DNA of 64,000 nucleotides, taken from contig CM060734.1 in NCBI GenBank assembly GCA_030704615.1, positions 29,388,001-29,452,000 on the forward strand, written 5' to 3'. Both the position numbers and the translations under genes were made by a program. Within the stretch, counting starts at the first letter, position 1. Each line of letters starts with the position of its first letter. The notes beneath the pieces were generated by a model. The model had not been told where the DNA came from and ran no database searches. It was given only the letters and a program-made list of their open reading frames with translations. The stretch is from Takakia lepidozioides. Taxonomy: Eukaryota > Plantae > Bryophyta. Of the stretch, positions 63,601 to 64,000 are shown in pieces.

Positions 63601-64000
63601 CTGCTAGCAGCTGACAATGACAACCTAGGAAACACCCAATCACACTAGTTCTTATGCTGAATTACGTCTACTACTCTCTGTCATCTAATAGGCATTCAAC
63701 TTTTTGCCTCGGTTGTTCCACCATTCACTGGGGTCAACAAAGTATTCATTCCACATCTTCTCCTCATCTCTGTTATCTGTTTTGGATACTTTCCTGCTGC
63801 CACATCGGTAGTTACTTGTCATAGTCATTCCAAACCACCACAGATCCACCCAAAACTTACAGAATTCAATATACATCTCAGGGCCGAGTCTGATGAGAGG
63901 GCAAAACAGGCTGAAATAGGTCGAAGAAGAATGTGCCCTCACCACATTGTCCTCGACGATTCAATATGTAAATTCAGGGCCGAGTCTGATGAGAGGGAAA
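60690..64000 (-). pseudogene. Tandem ~600-bp units encoding OSB-type PDF motifs, one linked to PLS-type PPR repeats (62705-63250); degenerate
   Basis: W...DPSQWWDN.GKK, intron, IHPRGPDFK...WINSYKKPKWVDGQL repeated about 5 times; PPR motifs NTLVNMYVKCGSIMDAR and VVSWNAMLAGYAQQGHG. Confidence 0.75.

Overview
Eukaryotic, intron-rich, TE-dense window, most likely from a non-seed land plant (inferred from PLS-type PPR/PDF-motif genes and the RD21-like and PS1-like genes), with a 500-bp N gap at 20535-21034. Host-type genes are a complete 6-exon papain/granulin cysteine protease, 3' exons of a PS1-like PIN-domain gene, a decayed intronless MntH/NRAMP copy, and tandem PDF-motif/PPR remnants. The rest is nested Ty3/Gypsy, LINE, SINE and hAT debris. 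The main discovery is an 11.3-kb Mutator-like element (34149-45476, exact 9-bp TSD, imperfect TIRs). It carries a GCM-MULE-SWIM transposase divergently paired with an apparently intact 10-exon gene fusing a ParB/Srx-like domain to a beta-class N6A/N4C methyltransferase-like domain, and that gene's introns hold ~11 copies of a 22-bp palindrome. A second, diverged member of the same family (~12700-20534+) has the same layout and matching intron positions but a different palindrome, amplified ~25 times. This suggests a transposon-encoded ParB/parS-like self-recognition and DNA-modification system (inference). The MULE sits inside the PHD finger of a Gypsy element that itself carries a C5-cytosine methyltransferase domain. 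All domain calls were made by eye from motifs; no searches were run.
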